The notes under the pieces are model-generated. The model was not told the DNA's origin, searched no databases, and saw only the letters and a list, made by a program, of their open reading frames with translations. A DNA stretch of 64,000 nucleotides, taken from positions 1,984,001 through 2,048,000 of the forward strand of contig CATNEN010000034.1 of the NCBI GenBank assembly GCA_950097015.1, in the 5' to 3' direction. The DNA comes from Macrostomum hystrix (Eukaryota; Animalia; Platyhelminthes). How positions within the stretch are numbered: the stretch's first letter is position 1; every line of letters starts with the position of its first letter. A program made the translations under genes and the position numbers. Positions 37,801 to 49,312 of this stretch are shown piece by piece.

Positions 37801-38569
37801 TACACTTTTTAGTCTAACAGACTTACAAATTGCCATGAAGAATGCCATACTCTCTTGGGCCTTATACCGATCCTATAACCCCTAACGCACAGGTGATTTA
37901 TGTTTTGTATAGCTTTTATGACCATTGCTTAGATTAACAGCTGATGAAAGCATATGCTGCTCCTATGGCTACCATTGGAAATCCGCAGTGTTGAATTACC
38001 CTTAACTTTACTCATTTTTATTACAATGTTGTTGCTTTAAATAATTGTTAACCGACAAGCATTTCTTAGCCAGAAGAGCCAGCCAGTTCTTAAAGCTGGC
38101 AAAATATTTGTGTGCGCGTCTGAGGGAGGCATCGATCGTCCTGCATCGCCACAAGAGCCAACCAAAGTTTTTTCTCGCAGCCAAGACTCTGAAGAAAACT
38201 TTTCTCAGAGCACAGCAGACGAACATTCGAATAGTGGAAAGCTGAATAATCTCAGCTTGACTTCTTCAATTCTTGGGATTTCTCTCTCTCAACATTGGCC
38301 GCTTGGCTAGGCCGGGCAAGCAGGAGCTGGGATAAATCAATAAATGATTGATTGGTCAATTGATCCGTGAGCCCTTGAAGAATATGCTGCCGAAAATGAA
38401 GTGGGGAAGGCTTGGGGTTCAACGTCTGTTGGGGATCTGGACCAGTGGGAAATTTTTCCCATCCTAGTGTGCTGTAGGCAAGTTTTGCTTTTCGATGAGT
38501 AAAAAATCTTTTTTTCTGAGAAAAGAAATTAATTATAGTCCAGCTCCAGGCTTTAAATGTTGAATTTAA

Positions 38570-39960
38570 TTAACGAATTTGGTAAGTACGTAAATATATT
38601 TAAAATCAGGTAAATCATTTAGGAAACTGGTAATTTTCCGACAATCTGGTCGACTTTTTCGATAGTCTGGAAAATTACTCAAGAATCCGGTAGTTTTTGG
38701 AAAATGATTTAAGAATCTGGTCAATGACTCGACAATCTTGTAGACTTATTCGATAGTCTGGTAAATTACTCAAGAATCCGGTAGTTTTTGGAAAATGATT
38801 TAAGAATCTGGTCAATGACTCGACAATCTTGTAGACTTTTTCGATAGTCTGGAAAATTACTCAAGAATCCGGTAGTTTTTGGAAAATGATTTAAGAATCT
38901 GGTCAATGACTCGACAATCTTGTAGACTTTTTCGATAGTCTGGTAAATTACTCAAGAATCCGGTAGTTTTTTGGAAAAAGATTTAAGAATCTGGTCAATG
39001 ACTCGACAATCTGGCAGACTTATTCGATAGTCTGGTAAATTACTCAAGAATCCGGTAGTTTTTGGAAAATGATCTAAGAATCTGGTCAATGACTCGACAA
39101 TCTTGTAGACTTATTCGATAGTCTGGTAAATTACTCAAGAATCCGGTAGTTTTTGGAAAATGATTTAAGAATCTGGTCAATGACTCGACAATCTTGTAGA
39201 CTTTTTCGATAGTCTGGTAAATTACTCAAGAATCCGGTAGTTTTTGGAAAATGATTTAAGAATCTGGTCAATGACTCGACAATCTTGTAGACTTATTCGA
39301 TAGTCTGGTAAATTACTCAAGAATCCGGTAGTTTTTGGAAAATGATTTAAGAATCTGGTCAATGACTCGACAATCTTGTAGACTTATTCGATAGTCTGGT
39401 AAATTACTCAAGAATCCGGTAGTTTCTGGAAAAATGAATTAAGAATCTGGTCAATGACTCGACAATCTTGTAGACTTTTTCGATAGTCTGGTAAATTACT
39501 CAAGAATCCGGTAGTTTTTGGAAAATGATTTAAGAATCTGGTCAATGACTCGACAATCTTGTAGACTTATTCGATAGTCTGGTAAATTACTCAAGAATCC
39601 GGTAGTTTTTGGAAAATGATTTAAGAATCTGGTCAATGACTCGACAATCTTGTAGACTTTTTCGATAGTCTGGTAAATTACTCAAGAATCCGGTAGTTTT
39701 TGGAAAATGATTTAAGAATCTGGTCAATGACTCGACAATCTTGTAGACTTTTTCGATAGTCTGGTAAATTACTCAAGAATCCGGTAGTTTTTGGAAAATG
39801 ATCTAAGAATCTGGTCAATGACTCGACAATCTTGTAGACTTTTTCGATAGTCTGGTAAATTACTCAAGAATCCGGTAGTTTTTGGAAAATGATCTAAGAA
39901 TCTGGTCAATGACTCGACAATCTTGTAGACTTTTTCGATAGTCTGGTAAATTACTCAAGT
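38570..39960. repeat. 91-nt satellite built from degenerate ~20-nt subunits
   Basis: aaaatgattt recurs at 38701, 38792, 38883; about 14 units. Confidence 0.95.
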
Positions 39961-40575
39961 ATATTGTAAATTACCAAGATTCTCTACTCAAGAAGCTCAT
40001 AAATCTCATAAAGTTTCTAGAAAACGACTCAAGAGTATAGTGAATTCGCAACATTCATTGTCCTAGCTACATTCTCACATTGAAATTGTGTAGAAAAACA
40101 ATCCAGCGAACTTTTCTAACCACCGCTGCTGCAGTTTAGACTGCTGAACACCCTGAGATTTTGCCTTTTTCCTCGCCACCCGCCCCATTTAAGGCAGCTT
40201 CTGATTGGTTGGAGAAGCTGAACTTGAACTAGGGGTCGTGCGAAATGGCAGACGGACACAACAAATGTATGCGCGATAATCAAACCAAAGCCATTTACTT
40301 ACGATATAATCATCAGGGTGTGGATGGAACAGTAGGTTCGGAAGTAGGTTAGGAAATGTGTATTATTATACAATATTGTAAAAGCCAAAAGGCTTTATAA
40401 AAAACACGACCAAGTACGAAAATTGCATTTGAAATCGATAGCCAAAGGAAACGAAAAAAGAAGACGAACAATTTATAGCATCATACCCTCCAGAGCGCCC
40501 TAACGACCATATACCAGACCACACAAGACAGCACGGACCGGTCTGTACCAGATCAAATTGGACCATAAAGGCCCA

Positions 40576-41436
40576 ATGAGTATGACAGGCGCCGGTTACG
40601 ACCAGCTGAACAGCAGCATTGCGCACAGCAAGTCGGTATTCGACTCACAGCGCCTGGCCCGGCCCTCCGTCTATCGGCATTGCGGCCGGGCCAGCCTCTG
40701 CATTGGCACCGTCTGCTTGCTGGCCGAGATCTCGGTATTCGTCGTTAAGCGCGGCCTTAGCAGCGCCGGCATAGGCATCTGGACAGGGGCGCCATTTGTC
40801 ATCTTTGGCGCCGTCACAATGGCTGTGCCACGAACGCGCACGGTGTGCTCGGTGAACACCGGCTTCGTGCTTGGCCTCGCCAGCATGGTCCTGTCGGCGT
40901 TCGGCGCCGCAGCCTGCGCTCGTCACATCAGTCAGCTAGCCGACATTCTGGAACGTCGCACAACTCCGCATCCAAATTTTGAGCTGTCGTGCCGGCTGTG
41001 TGGGTACTATATCATGCTGAAGGAGGTGGTCCAGATCGGCTTGCTCATGCTTCAGTTCGCTGTTTCTGCCGCCCTGGCCTGCTTCGCATACGCTGACTGT
41101 CTATGTTGCCAGCCGACCGAGACTGAGCTTATTCTCGGCGGCGGTGGCGCAGGTGGCGGAGCTGATGGTGGATCCGCGCCAGCAACTACCGCTACAGCGC
41201 CCATTGCTTCGTCATCTGTTGTCACGGAGAACCAAAATGCGTCGCCTTCTTCACCGCCACAATTGCACCTGCAGCAGCAGCAGCAGCAGCAGCAGCGGCA
41301 GCAGCATTTTGCCTCAGCTTCTTTGACCAGCGCGGCAGCGTCCGTTTCCTACGTTGGAAGATCGGCTGGCAGATCGGTTTCTCAGCTGCTACAAGGAGGA
41401 AGTTTCGGTCCTCCACCGATGCTGTACGACCTTTGA
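40576..41436 (+). CDS. MS4A/CD20-like four-TM protein with Gln/Ser-rich tail, intronless CDS
   Basis: ATG at 40576 in long ORF 40558-41436; four hydrophobic helices; GIGIWTGAPFVIFG resembles the MS4A TM2 signature; Cys cluster after TM4; upstream acceptor-like ctgtaccag near 40551. Confidence 0.72.
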   Translation: MSMTGAGYDQLNSSIAHSKSVFDSQRLARPSVYRHCGRASLCIGTVCLLAEISVFVVKRGLSSAGIGIWTGAPFVIFGAVTMAVPRTRTVCSVNTGFVLGLASMVLSAFGAAACARHISQLADILERRTTPHPNFELSCRLCGYYIMLKEVVQIGLLMLQFAVSAALACFAYADCLCCQPTETELILGGGGAGGGADGGSAPATTATAPIASSSVVTENQNASPSSPPQLHLQQQQQQQQRQQHFASASLTSAAASVSYVGRSAGRSVSQLLQGGSFGPPPMLYDL

Positions 41437-41989
41437 AACTCCAAGACGCTGGCTTTTTGGACGACAACTTCTGGCGTTGTTAAAGGACATTTTTTAACCT
41501 AACAAACGTTTAACCAGTTTAGTTTAGTCTGCAAAAGACTAGACTTTAGGACGACCTAAAAAATAAATTATAATATTCTTTACATTGTACTCGTAATATA
41601 AAATGTCAGTCTTTGCTACTTCGTCTGAGAACAGGATGTGCAGGCGCTTGCTTTTTCACTCTCTTTGAAATTAGCAAGCCAACCAAACAACAAACCAAGC
41701 AGCAACAAGCTATCCATCCAGCTAACCTTGATACCTTTCATTCTAAAAAACCAGACAAAGACTGAAATTCTATATTTTACGCTCGTAGTAACAAAAGACA
41801 CCATGCTCATTTGAACAAACTTGAAAGATCATGCTGCTTACTATTAGTAGTGAAAAAACATCGAGTTTTTTAGTTTATCACATATAGTGTTTATTTTTTA
41901 ATTGAATCTGTGCCATTCACCATTGTTACGCAACAGTTCAAGAATGCTTAGACATCGAAGCACCTTGGTTTTGACGAGCTAATTAGTGA

Positions 41990-42808
41990 TTATCGCATGC
42001 AAGGTCCGGTATGCTTTACCTGAACATTGGCCAAACGAGCCAAACAGGCGTTGGAGTAGGTACGGTTGTCAACACCGCACACGGGATCATACACACCGCT
42101 GCAGTTCTTCGGCTTTTCGACGCTTAATCGGTTTGAAGCTGGCCACTTGAACAAATACTCGGAAAAGGCCTTGCATCGACCAGTGTGAGCGACACTGACT
42201 CCGGCGCACTTGGCGATGCACTTGTTAGCGTAAGTCCTGCCGTCGCTACCGCAAACTGGGTCCCACTTCTGCTCGCAGTTGTCAGTGCAAGCGAAGGCAC
42301 TGCTCGTGAAGGCCTTGCATCGACCAGTGTGCTTCACAGAAACTCTGGCGCACTTGGCGATGCACTTGTTAGCGTAAGTCCTGCCGTCGCTACCGCAAAC
42401 TGGATCCCACTTCTGCTCGCAGTTGTCAGTGCAAGCGAAGGCACTGCTCGTGAAGGCCTTGCATCGACCAGTGTGAGCGACACTGACTCCGGCGCACTTG
42501 GCGACGCACTTGTTAGCGTAAGTTTTGCCGTCGCTACCGCAAACTGGATCCCACTTCTGCTCGCAGTTGTCAGTGCAAGCGAAGGCACTGCTCGTGAACG
42601 CCTTGCATCGACCATCTTGAGAGATGCTAGCTCCTGCGCACTTGGCAACGCATTTGTTGGCGTAAGTCCTGCCGTCACTGCCACAGACCGGCTCCCACTT
42701 CTGCTCGCAGCTGTCTGTGCACTCCTGTAGTGATGGTGAGACCTGCAGACATAAAATCGACAGAAAGAGGGCAGCTGCGAAGATATTATCGCGGAGACTG
42801 CTGCGCAT
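41990..42808 (-). CDS. Secreted multi-domain Kazal-type protease inhibitor (5 domains), 272 aa
   Basis: Signal peptide, then four CTDxCEQKWxPVCGSDGxTYANKCxAKC...GRC units (near-identical 147-nt repeats) and a fifth [21 protein letters not shown]...GPC unit. Confidence 0.93.
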   Translation of the reverse strand: MRSSLRDNIFAAALFLSILCLQVSPSLQECTDSCEQKWEPVCGSDGRTYANKCVAKCAGASISQDGRCKAFTSSAFACTDNCEQKWDPVCGSDGKTYANKCVAKCAGVSVAHTGRCKAFTSSAFACTDNCEQKWDPVCGSDGRTYANKCIAKCARVSVKHTGRCKAFTSSAFACTDNCEQKWDPVCGSDGRTYANKCIAKCAGVSVAHTGRCKAFSEYLFKWPASNRLSVEKPKNCSGVYDPVCGVDNRTYSNACLARLANVQVKHTGPCMR

Positions 42809-43419
42809 GGTTGTGGGTATGCTTGCTGCTCTTTTCGATTCAGTCGCTTCTCTCTTTTTTTGTCAAGCAAAACGCCGTAGCTTGATTTCAACATGCCTTA
42901 TTCGTTTTTGTGTTTTATGACTGCGGCTGCAGAGTGACAACTTCCCACGTTTAGTTAGTTCAGCAATCCATTTCGGTTAGTTCCTATGCTATAGTTCGCA
43001 GCTTTGCGAGATAAGTCGTGTGCTTCGTGAGCTTCATGTGCTTCGATAAGAGACGCAAAAGAGACGAAGGTGTGTATCAAAGCAACGCCGCGTGAGTATG
43101 CCACTGGGCGAAGCTTTTGAGCGCCGATAGACATCCATTAGAAAGCATTTTGTGTGATCGAATAGGATCCATACTGATTGTGAACCAAGGTTTACGCCAA
43201 TGAGTTAACGAACAAAACAGAACTATTTTGTTAACAACTTTTTTAAGTTTTACAACGGAAGTGTACGAGTATATTCATTTTACAGAAGCAGCAGTAAGCA
43301 AAGCAGCCATGGAAGGAAAAAAAATGCACATTTCACTCATAAATTGCACAAGAAAAGTAAAACCATTTTTTCCAAAACCCTAAGTGTTCTCAGCACGAAG
43401 CTGGACATTAGAGCTTGAC

Positions 43420-44052
43420 TCAGTCGGTCGGAATAGCATTTGGCACCGGGCACGGGGAGCTCTCGGAATCCCCCAACCTCACGGTGCTGTTGCAGGTAAC
43501 AGGTTCCGCAGACTCCAGAGTCTTGCAGGAAGTCCTGGCAGCGGTTAGTGTGCCTAAAGTGACAACTGACGAAGCACTCTTCTGTGTGTTGAGAAGCGTC
43601 TTAACGCAGATTGCGCTCATCGCCAAGGTCAGCACGTTAACAACGCTGAACACGCCCAGCTCGATAACATCGGGCACCAGCACGGGAACAATGTGGAAGC
43701 CGTGTCGAAGGCCGTTGAATATCCACGCCAGAACCAGGGAAAGCGTCATGAGCGGACAGCCGCAGGCGATCGCTCCGGCGAAGGCGCAACGAGCTGGTCG
43801 CTTGGCAGCCGCGATGCCGAAGGCTCCAGCCAATGTAGCCGCCGAGGCGGGCAGCGCCGAGCCGAGGACGCTCAATGCGGAAACTTGGCAGGTGCCGGGG
43901 CTCGCTCGACAGCCGCGGTTGGTGTCCTGGATGCACAACACTGTGATGGAGCTCGTGACCCGCATGAGGATGCAGTTGGCAGTCAGCAGTAGCACGGCGA
44001 TGCCTAAGCGGAAAAGATGCCCTGCCGGATAGGGTACCGACAGGCGCAGCAT
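43420..44052 (-). CDS. MS4A/TMEM176-like four-TM protein, intronless, 210 aa
   Basis: ATG-initiated ORF with four hydrophobic segments; AATLAGAFGIAAAKRPARC resembles the MS4A TM2-loop pattern; Cys pair in first loop. Confidence 0.6.
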   Translation of the reverse strand: MLRLSVPYPAGHLFRLGIAVLLLTANCILMRVTSSITVLCIQDTNRGCRASPGTCQVSALSVLGSALPASAATLAGAFGIAAAKRPARCAFAGAIACGCPLMTLSLVLAWIFNGLRHGFHIVPVLVPDVIELGVFSVVNVLTLAMSAICVKTLLNTQKSASSVVTLGTLTAARTSCKTLESAEPVTCNSTVRLGDSESSPCPVPNAIPTD

Positions 44053-45099
44053 GTCTGCCGTGAATTTCTCTTGGAATTCTACAAGTACCTTCGAGCCTCC
44101 GGCACTCTAGTCGCTGTATTTCTTTGGTTTCTGTTTTTTCTAAACAAGCTGGCGCTTTCCAGTTGCTATGGCCACAGTTGCTGTTTGCGCTAAGCTTTTG
44201 CTTTGTGCAGAAAGTCTTCTCTCTCGCTCTCTTAGCCTATTTAGGGGCCCTCATAAGCAGTTTTAAAGCTTGGTGATTCGGGTAGAGACACAAAGTAGAC
44301 TGCAGCTTAGGAAGAAGAGAAATAGAAGAGACGCCGAGTCTTCATATGCTACACCTGTCTGTCCAACTATAGGCCAAGGCACAGAGCGGCTGACAATAAG
44401 ACAGCGGCCTTGGCAAGTAACAATTGAAGGAGAGCTTGTTTAGGGCAGGGCGTTGTGGCAGAGTAGTAGAAAACGTTACTAGAAAAACACAGTCAGTACT
44501 AGGCTACTAGCAGAGTCTGAGAGACCTCGTGCTACGCCAGGTAAAACAGGTGCCCAAAACCAGATTCGACCATAAAGCTGCTACTACTCACCCATCTCAC
44601 AGCTTCATAATATTATTGTTCTAGGGTCAGCTCAGCTGGTCTTGCATTTGCATCCGAGCAGCGGGCAAGCTGTTTGGCGTCACGTCAATTAAGAAACTGA
44701 GAGACTTTCGTCACGTTCCGTGTCGAGCTGTTCACATCTTGTACCCCTTTACGAGTAGCGGGTCGAATAGGTGTACTTGTCCATGAATCAACCAGCCAAA
44801 TACCCAAATTTTTCTTTTTTTCTGTATCTCCTTAAATGTTCAACACGGAAAGGACAAGGAAAGACACGAATGCAGCGCTTACCGGTCGGAACGCAGGATA
44901 ACTTCGATTTCGTTTATTTGTATGCAATAACTTGAGACTTCGCAGTCAGAGACCATCTTTACCGATGGAATCTTAAAGTTCGCCGGAGCGAGCGCGGTTG
45001 CCCCGACACGGGCAGATATTGACAAACAAATAGGGCAGCAAGGGGGTAGACAGGGGAGGCGGTGTACAGAGTCAAGCCACCAGCGTGCAGGGAGGGGTA

Positions 45100-45245
45100 G
45101 GGTTGTACGCGGACGGGCAAAGCTACGCAGAGCTGATTGGCGGGACGGGCAAAGCTACGCAGAGCTGATTGGCGGGAGGGGCAAAGCCACGCAGGGCTGG
45201 TGTAAGGGTTGACAGACAATCCCCGCGCCCAGCCAATCAGATGGC
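45100..45245. promoter_or_regulatory. 32-bp tandem repeat carrying inverted CCAAT boxes, plus a forward CCAAT
   Basis: gggcaaagctacgcagagctgattggcgggac x2 plus a partial third unit; agccaatcag at ~45231. Function is inference. Confidence 0.35.
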
Positions 45246-45334
45246 GGCACAGGGCACCCTGAGCAGGGCCTGGGGAGGAGGGAGAGAAAGAGCGAGCCAA
45301 ACAAACCGGCCAACGAACTGTATACAGAAAAATG

Positions 45335-45450
45335 TTGATCCATATGGTGGACTTTCACGAAAATCTGTTATTCGGTTTAGGAGCTGTCGTGAAGTAGGCA
45401 GGGGGTATTCGAAATACCCCAGTGTCGTCTTTCCCCAGGGGAAAAATAGA
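45335..45450 (+). repeat. Dispersed repeat, second copy at ~60020-60130
   Basis: atcc(a/g)tatggtggacttt..gaaaatc.gt.attcggttt.ggag...gtctttccccaggggaaa at both sites. Confidence 0.7.
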
Positions 45451-45694
45451 ATTTCTACTTTGCTGAAAGACTCAAATTGTTTAAACAAAGCCGAGATTCG
45501 TACTATTACTAACGACCTCCCGGTCAGTAGTATGGATAGAGCATATTTATATTTTGAAGCGCTACAATTCCGCCTTAAAATGTATAGATTCTAATATATT
45601 CCTATGAAAAAAATCCCACAGGAAGGTTCACATTTTTTATGACGGCCACAGATATGATAGCTCGTATCCCCAAGCTGAAAGGCAAGACAGAAAC

Positions 45695-46003
45695 ATGGCA
45701 ACTGTTTTAAGTACGCTTGCACTCGGATTTTATGCCAACCGGAGCCAAGACACCCACGCGCAGCTGCCAGACCGAACGTGGCTGAATAAATTAACAGCAG
45801 AAAACTGCCGCCGAATCCTTTGGGATTCGCGCCGAAAAGTGCATCGCATCGCCACGGGGCCAGGAATCTCGAAATTAGTCCGAGAGCGGCCCAGTCGGAC
45901 CAGCTGGGGTGCGCAGTCTTTCAATGGAGCGCCAGTTACGAAAGTATTGCATAGCAGCCGGCTAAAGTGCGCCAGTTTCGATCCGATAAGGCAACGAGAT
46001 TAG
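45695..46003 (+). CDS. Hypothetical 102-aa ORF
   Basis: ATG in good context (aaacATGG); no motif recognised. Confidence 0.2.
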   Translation: MATVLSTLALGFYANRSQDTHAQLPDRTWLNKLTAENCRRILWDSRRKVHRIATGPGISKLVRERPSRTSWGAQSFNGAPVTKVLHSSRLKCASFDPIRQRD

Positions 46004-46550
46004 TAGATAAAAAATCAAGCAGAGCACACCTGTATTGAGTTGAGTGAATAAAATGCAGTGCATTGAAAAGGAGAGTGAAAGCGACTGCTGGATGAGAGCT
46101 CCTGACGCAACCTCAATGGCTCCCATTTGACACTCAATTAGCATCGCGAACCGATCGCTGAAAAATTTAGGGTGGGTGGCACCGAGGCTCAACGGGTCAG
46201 AGCAATGTCGATTGAATAGCAGAATTCTTTGCCTTATCTATTAAGCGATAAAGAAAGAGACATACAGGCAGAGTCCGAGACATAAGCAGGAACACGCGGT
46301 CGGGTCGTGCAACCGTCTGGCACAATGTCAGTCAGGTGGGGGAGTATAGTTCGCCGCCAGCATAGGTGAAAAGTTGGAGTCGCACAAGTGAAGCACCTGG
46401 GCTGGCGGAGTGTCACTGGTGGCAAGCCGCCCACCTCCCCACCTGAAATCTCTGCCCGATAAATGGCGGGCTGGCCAGGTGAGAAACAGGAATTGAGAAG
46501 TGCTCCAAAAGAAATAGGGGCTAATTTGACAGCAATCATCGCCAGCAAAG

Positions 46551-47057
46551 ATGACAGCCGAAGCGAGTCAGTCATCGCGAGAGACATCTCCTAGGCGCTC
46601 GATTCTAAAGACGTCAGACTCGTTGTCGGCAGCATCTGCGGTGGAGGCTGCGGCTGAGCCAAATGAATCAGTTACCAAGAGGCCGCATTCGGCGGCGTCC
46701 AACGCGGTGCGAGTGGAGATCTGCGAGCACCGGAACAAGCTCATATTCTATCGGCAGGACTCCGGCTGGCGAGTTGGCTACTTCTCAGAGCACCGGCACC
46801 GACAAGCCAGGATTCAGCAGCAACACCATCAGCAGAAGCAGTCAGTCCAAATAGCGTCCACGCGGCGGGTGACTTATCCGACCTCGTCTGGCGAAGGTCC
46901 GCCGTCGCCGCCGTCGCTAGCGTCAATGTCGGAGCGGAGCTCATCAGGCGTTAGTCGACTGACGAACCAGCCGCGCTTGCTTTCTGCCAGCGACTTGGAC
47001 ATCAGCATGCGAGTGATTCACGCCTGCACCAATGGATGCTTCGCCATCAACTCTTGA
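46551..47057 (+). CDS. Hypothetical 168-aa low-complexity protein with PP1-docking-like motifs (SILK, RVxF-like)
   Basis: ATG ORF, GC-rich Ser/Ala/Gln composition like neighbouring exons; RRSILKT, VRVEICEHRNKLIFY and RRVTYP motifs. Confidence 0.45.
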   Translation: MTAEASQSSRETSPRRSILKTSDSLSAASAVEAAAEPNESVTKRPHSAASNAVRVEICEHRNKLIFYRQDSGWRVGYFSEHRHRQARIQQQHHQQKQSVQIASTRRVTYPTSSGEGPPSPPSLASMSERSSSGVSRLTNQPRLLSASDLDISMRVIHACTNGCFAINS

Positions 47058-47664
47058 CCCCTGCCCATCCGCATCACAATGTGCTGGAAACCAAGGCTTA
47101 ATGGTTTTCTCACAGCTGTACATACCGCGCATCTAGATAATGCAGCCCTCACCGGCGCACTCGCACCAGCTCCACTTCCCAGCTTTGTTGGCTGTTTTAC
47201 GAGATTCAATTACAAGTGAATTCTCCTTGACAACAGGAGCTCATAGATTTTCTTGTGTTGAAAATTTGTAATTATAACGCTGTTTAACGGTCATCCAATT
47301 TTGTCATTGACATTGTTTTTAAAACAACAAGCTTAGTATGTTTTTTATCAAAATAAACTCATGAGTTAACAGTTACAAACTGTTTTCCCAATCAAATATT
47401 GAAAAAGCATTTCAAAGCGATTTTTAACATTCGCAGCATTTATTTGTTAGCCGAGAAGATCGGAGAAAAACTCTTTTGAATTGACTGATTGAAGTTGTCA
47501 TGCTTATTCTTTTATGTGACTTTCTCACAGGGGGCTACAGCCGAAACTTCCTGCGAAAATTTTAACTATGCTTCGTACTGGATACGCATTTAACTTCGAT
47601 TCTAGAGTTACGAGCTACAGATCTCTATAAGACTCAGTTATGCTCCAAAGATTCCTGATGCCTT

Positions 47665-48255
47665 TCCTGCTGCGATTCTAGCTACGCTTCCTGCTGCGAT
47701 TCTAGCTACGCTTCCTGCTGCGATTCTAGCTACGCTTCCTGCTGCGATTCTAGCTACGCTTCCTGCTGCGATTCTAGCTACGCTTCCTGCTGCGATTCTA
47801 GCTACGCTTCCTGCTGCGATTCTAGCTACGCTTCCTGCTGCGATTCTAGCTACGCTTCCTGCTGCGATTCTAGCTACGCTTCCTGCTGCGATTCTAGCTA
47901 CGCTTCCTGCTGCGATTCTAGCTACGCTTCCTGCTGCGATTCTAGCTACGCTTCCTGCTGCGATTCTAGCTACGCTTCCTGCTGCGATTCTAGCTACGCT
48001 TCCTGCTGCGATTCTAGCTACGCCTCCTGCTGCTATTCTAGCTACGCTTCCTGCTGCGATTCTAGCTACGCTTCCTGCTGCGATTCTAGCTACGCCTCCT
48101 GCTGCGATTCTAGCTACGCTTCCTGCTGCGATTCTAGCTACGCCTCCTGCTGCTATTCTAGCTACGCTTCCTGCTGCGATTCTAGCTACGCTTCCTGCTG
48201 CGATTCTAGCTACGCTTCCTGCTGCTATTCTAGCTACGCTTCCTGCTGCGATTCA
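47665..48255. repeat. 24-nt minisatellite CCTGCTGCGATTCTAGCTACGCTT
   Basis: About 24 near-identical copies. Confidence 0.96.
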
Positions 48256-48727
48256 GGAGAGAAAGAGCTACGGATCTTTCAACATAGCGGACAAAGATTT
48301 CAACTGTGATTTCTTTGTGCGTCAAAAGCAAAAATTATGTGTTTGTTTGTGCCTAGTGAATTGATTTGTCCACATCGTCACATCGTCTCTACTCTTATTT
48401 AGTGTCTTCCTCGAGATTTCTGTTTTATTTTCAACTGCTTTTTCCTGACTCACTGAATTTCACATAATACTTACACTGTAGGTCAAAGGTTGCAACAACC
48501 TACAGAATTCTACTTTTAGAACTTACACTTGCTTTAAAAACGGTTGCGACTCTCGGAAAACTGTGAAAATGAAACGAGCGGTATGTAACATGTGCAACCA
48601 GTGCACTATCAGAAGTCCGTTGTAGAACTATCAACAGCTTAGAGTCACGCAAAGTTCAGAAAATTTGCACGCAGTCTGCGAGTGACTTGCAAATAGCAAC
48701 CGAACTCAGGGCCTAACATTTCTTACA

Positions 48728-48965
<238 letters not shown>

Positions 48966-49312
48966 TGGATTGAATTTTCGAATTTGCTTTAAATTTGCCG
49001 AGTTCCGTTCGGCCTAGTAGAACCAGGTGCAAGTGGGGGGAAGAGAGATAGAGATGGAGTGAGAGACGATTGAAGGCTAGTCCATCTGTTTCTTGCAGCC
49101 CTCAACTTTGGCCACGCCCGAACTGCCCACTTCCCATTTCTCTCTTCCTTCCCACGCCCTTTTTCAGTCGATCTAGCGGTTTCATTCAGTTCTGTCCCAT
49201 CGGGCCTTTCATCTCTCTCCTCATTTTTCTCTCCCTCAGTCTCCCATCCATTTTAGATATTATATAAACTGTTTGCCTGTGCGTTTTCTTCTTTGCGAAC
49301 GCGCAGGAAACT

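Noticed and set aside
31310-39960. Regular arrays as possible CRISPR
   Set aside because: Units are contiguous with no unique spacers, there are no cas genes, and the context is eukaryotic.
42120-42160. Possible 36-nt intron in the Kazal linker
   Set aside because: Weak splice signals, and the frame is open without it.
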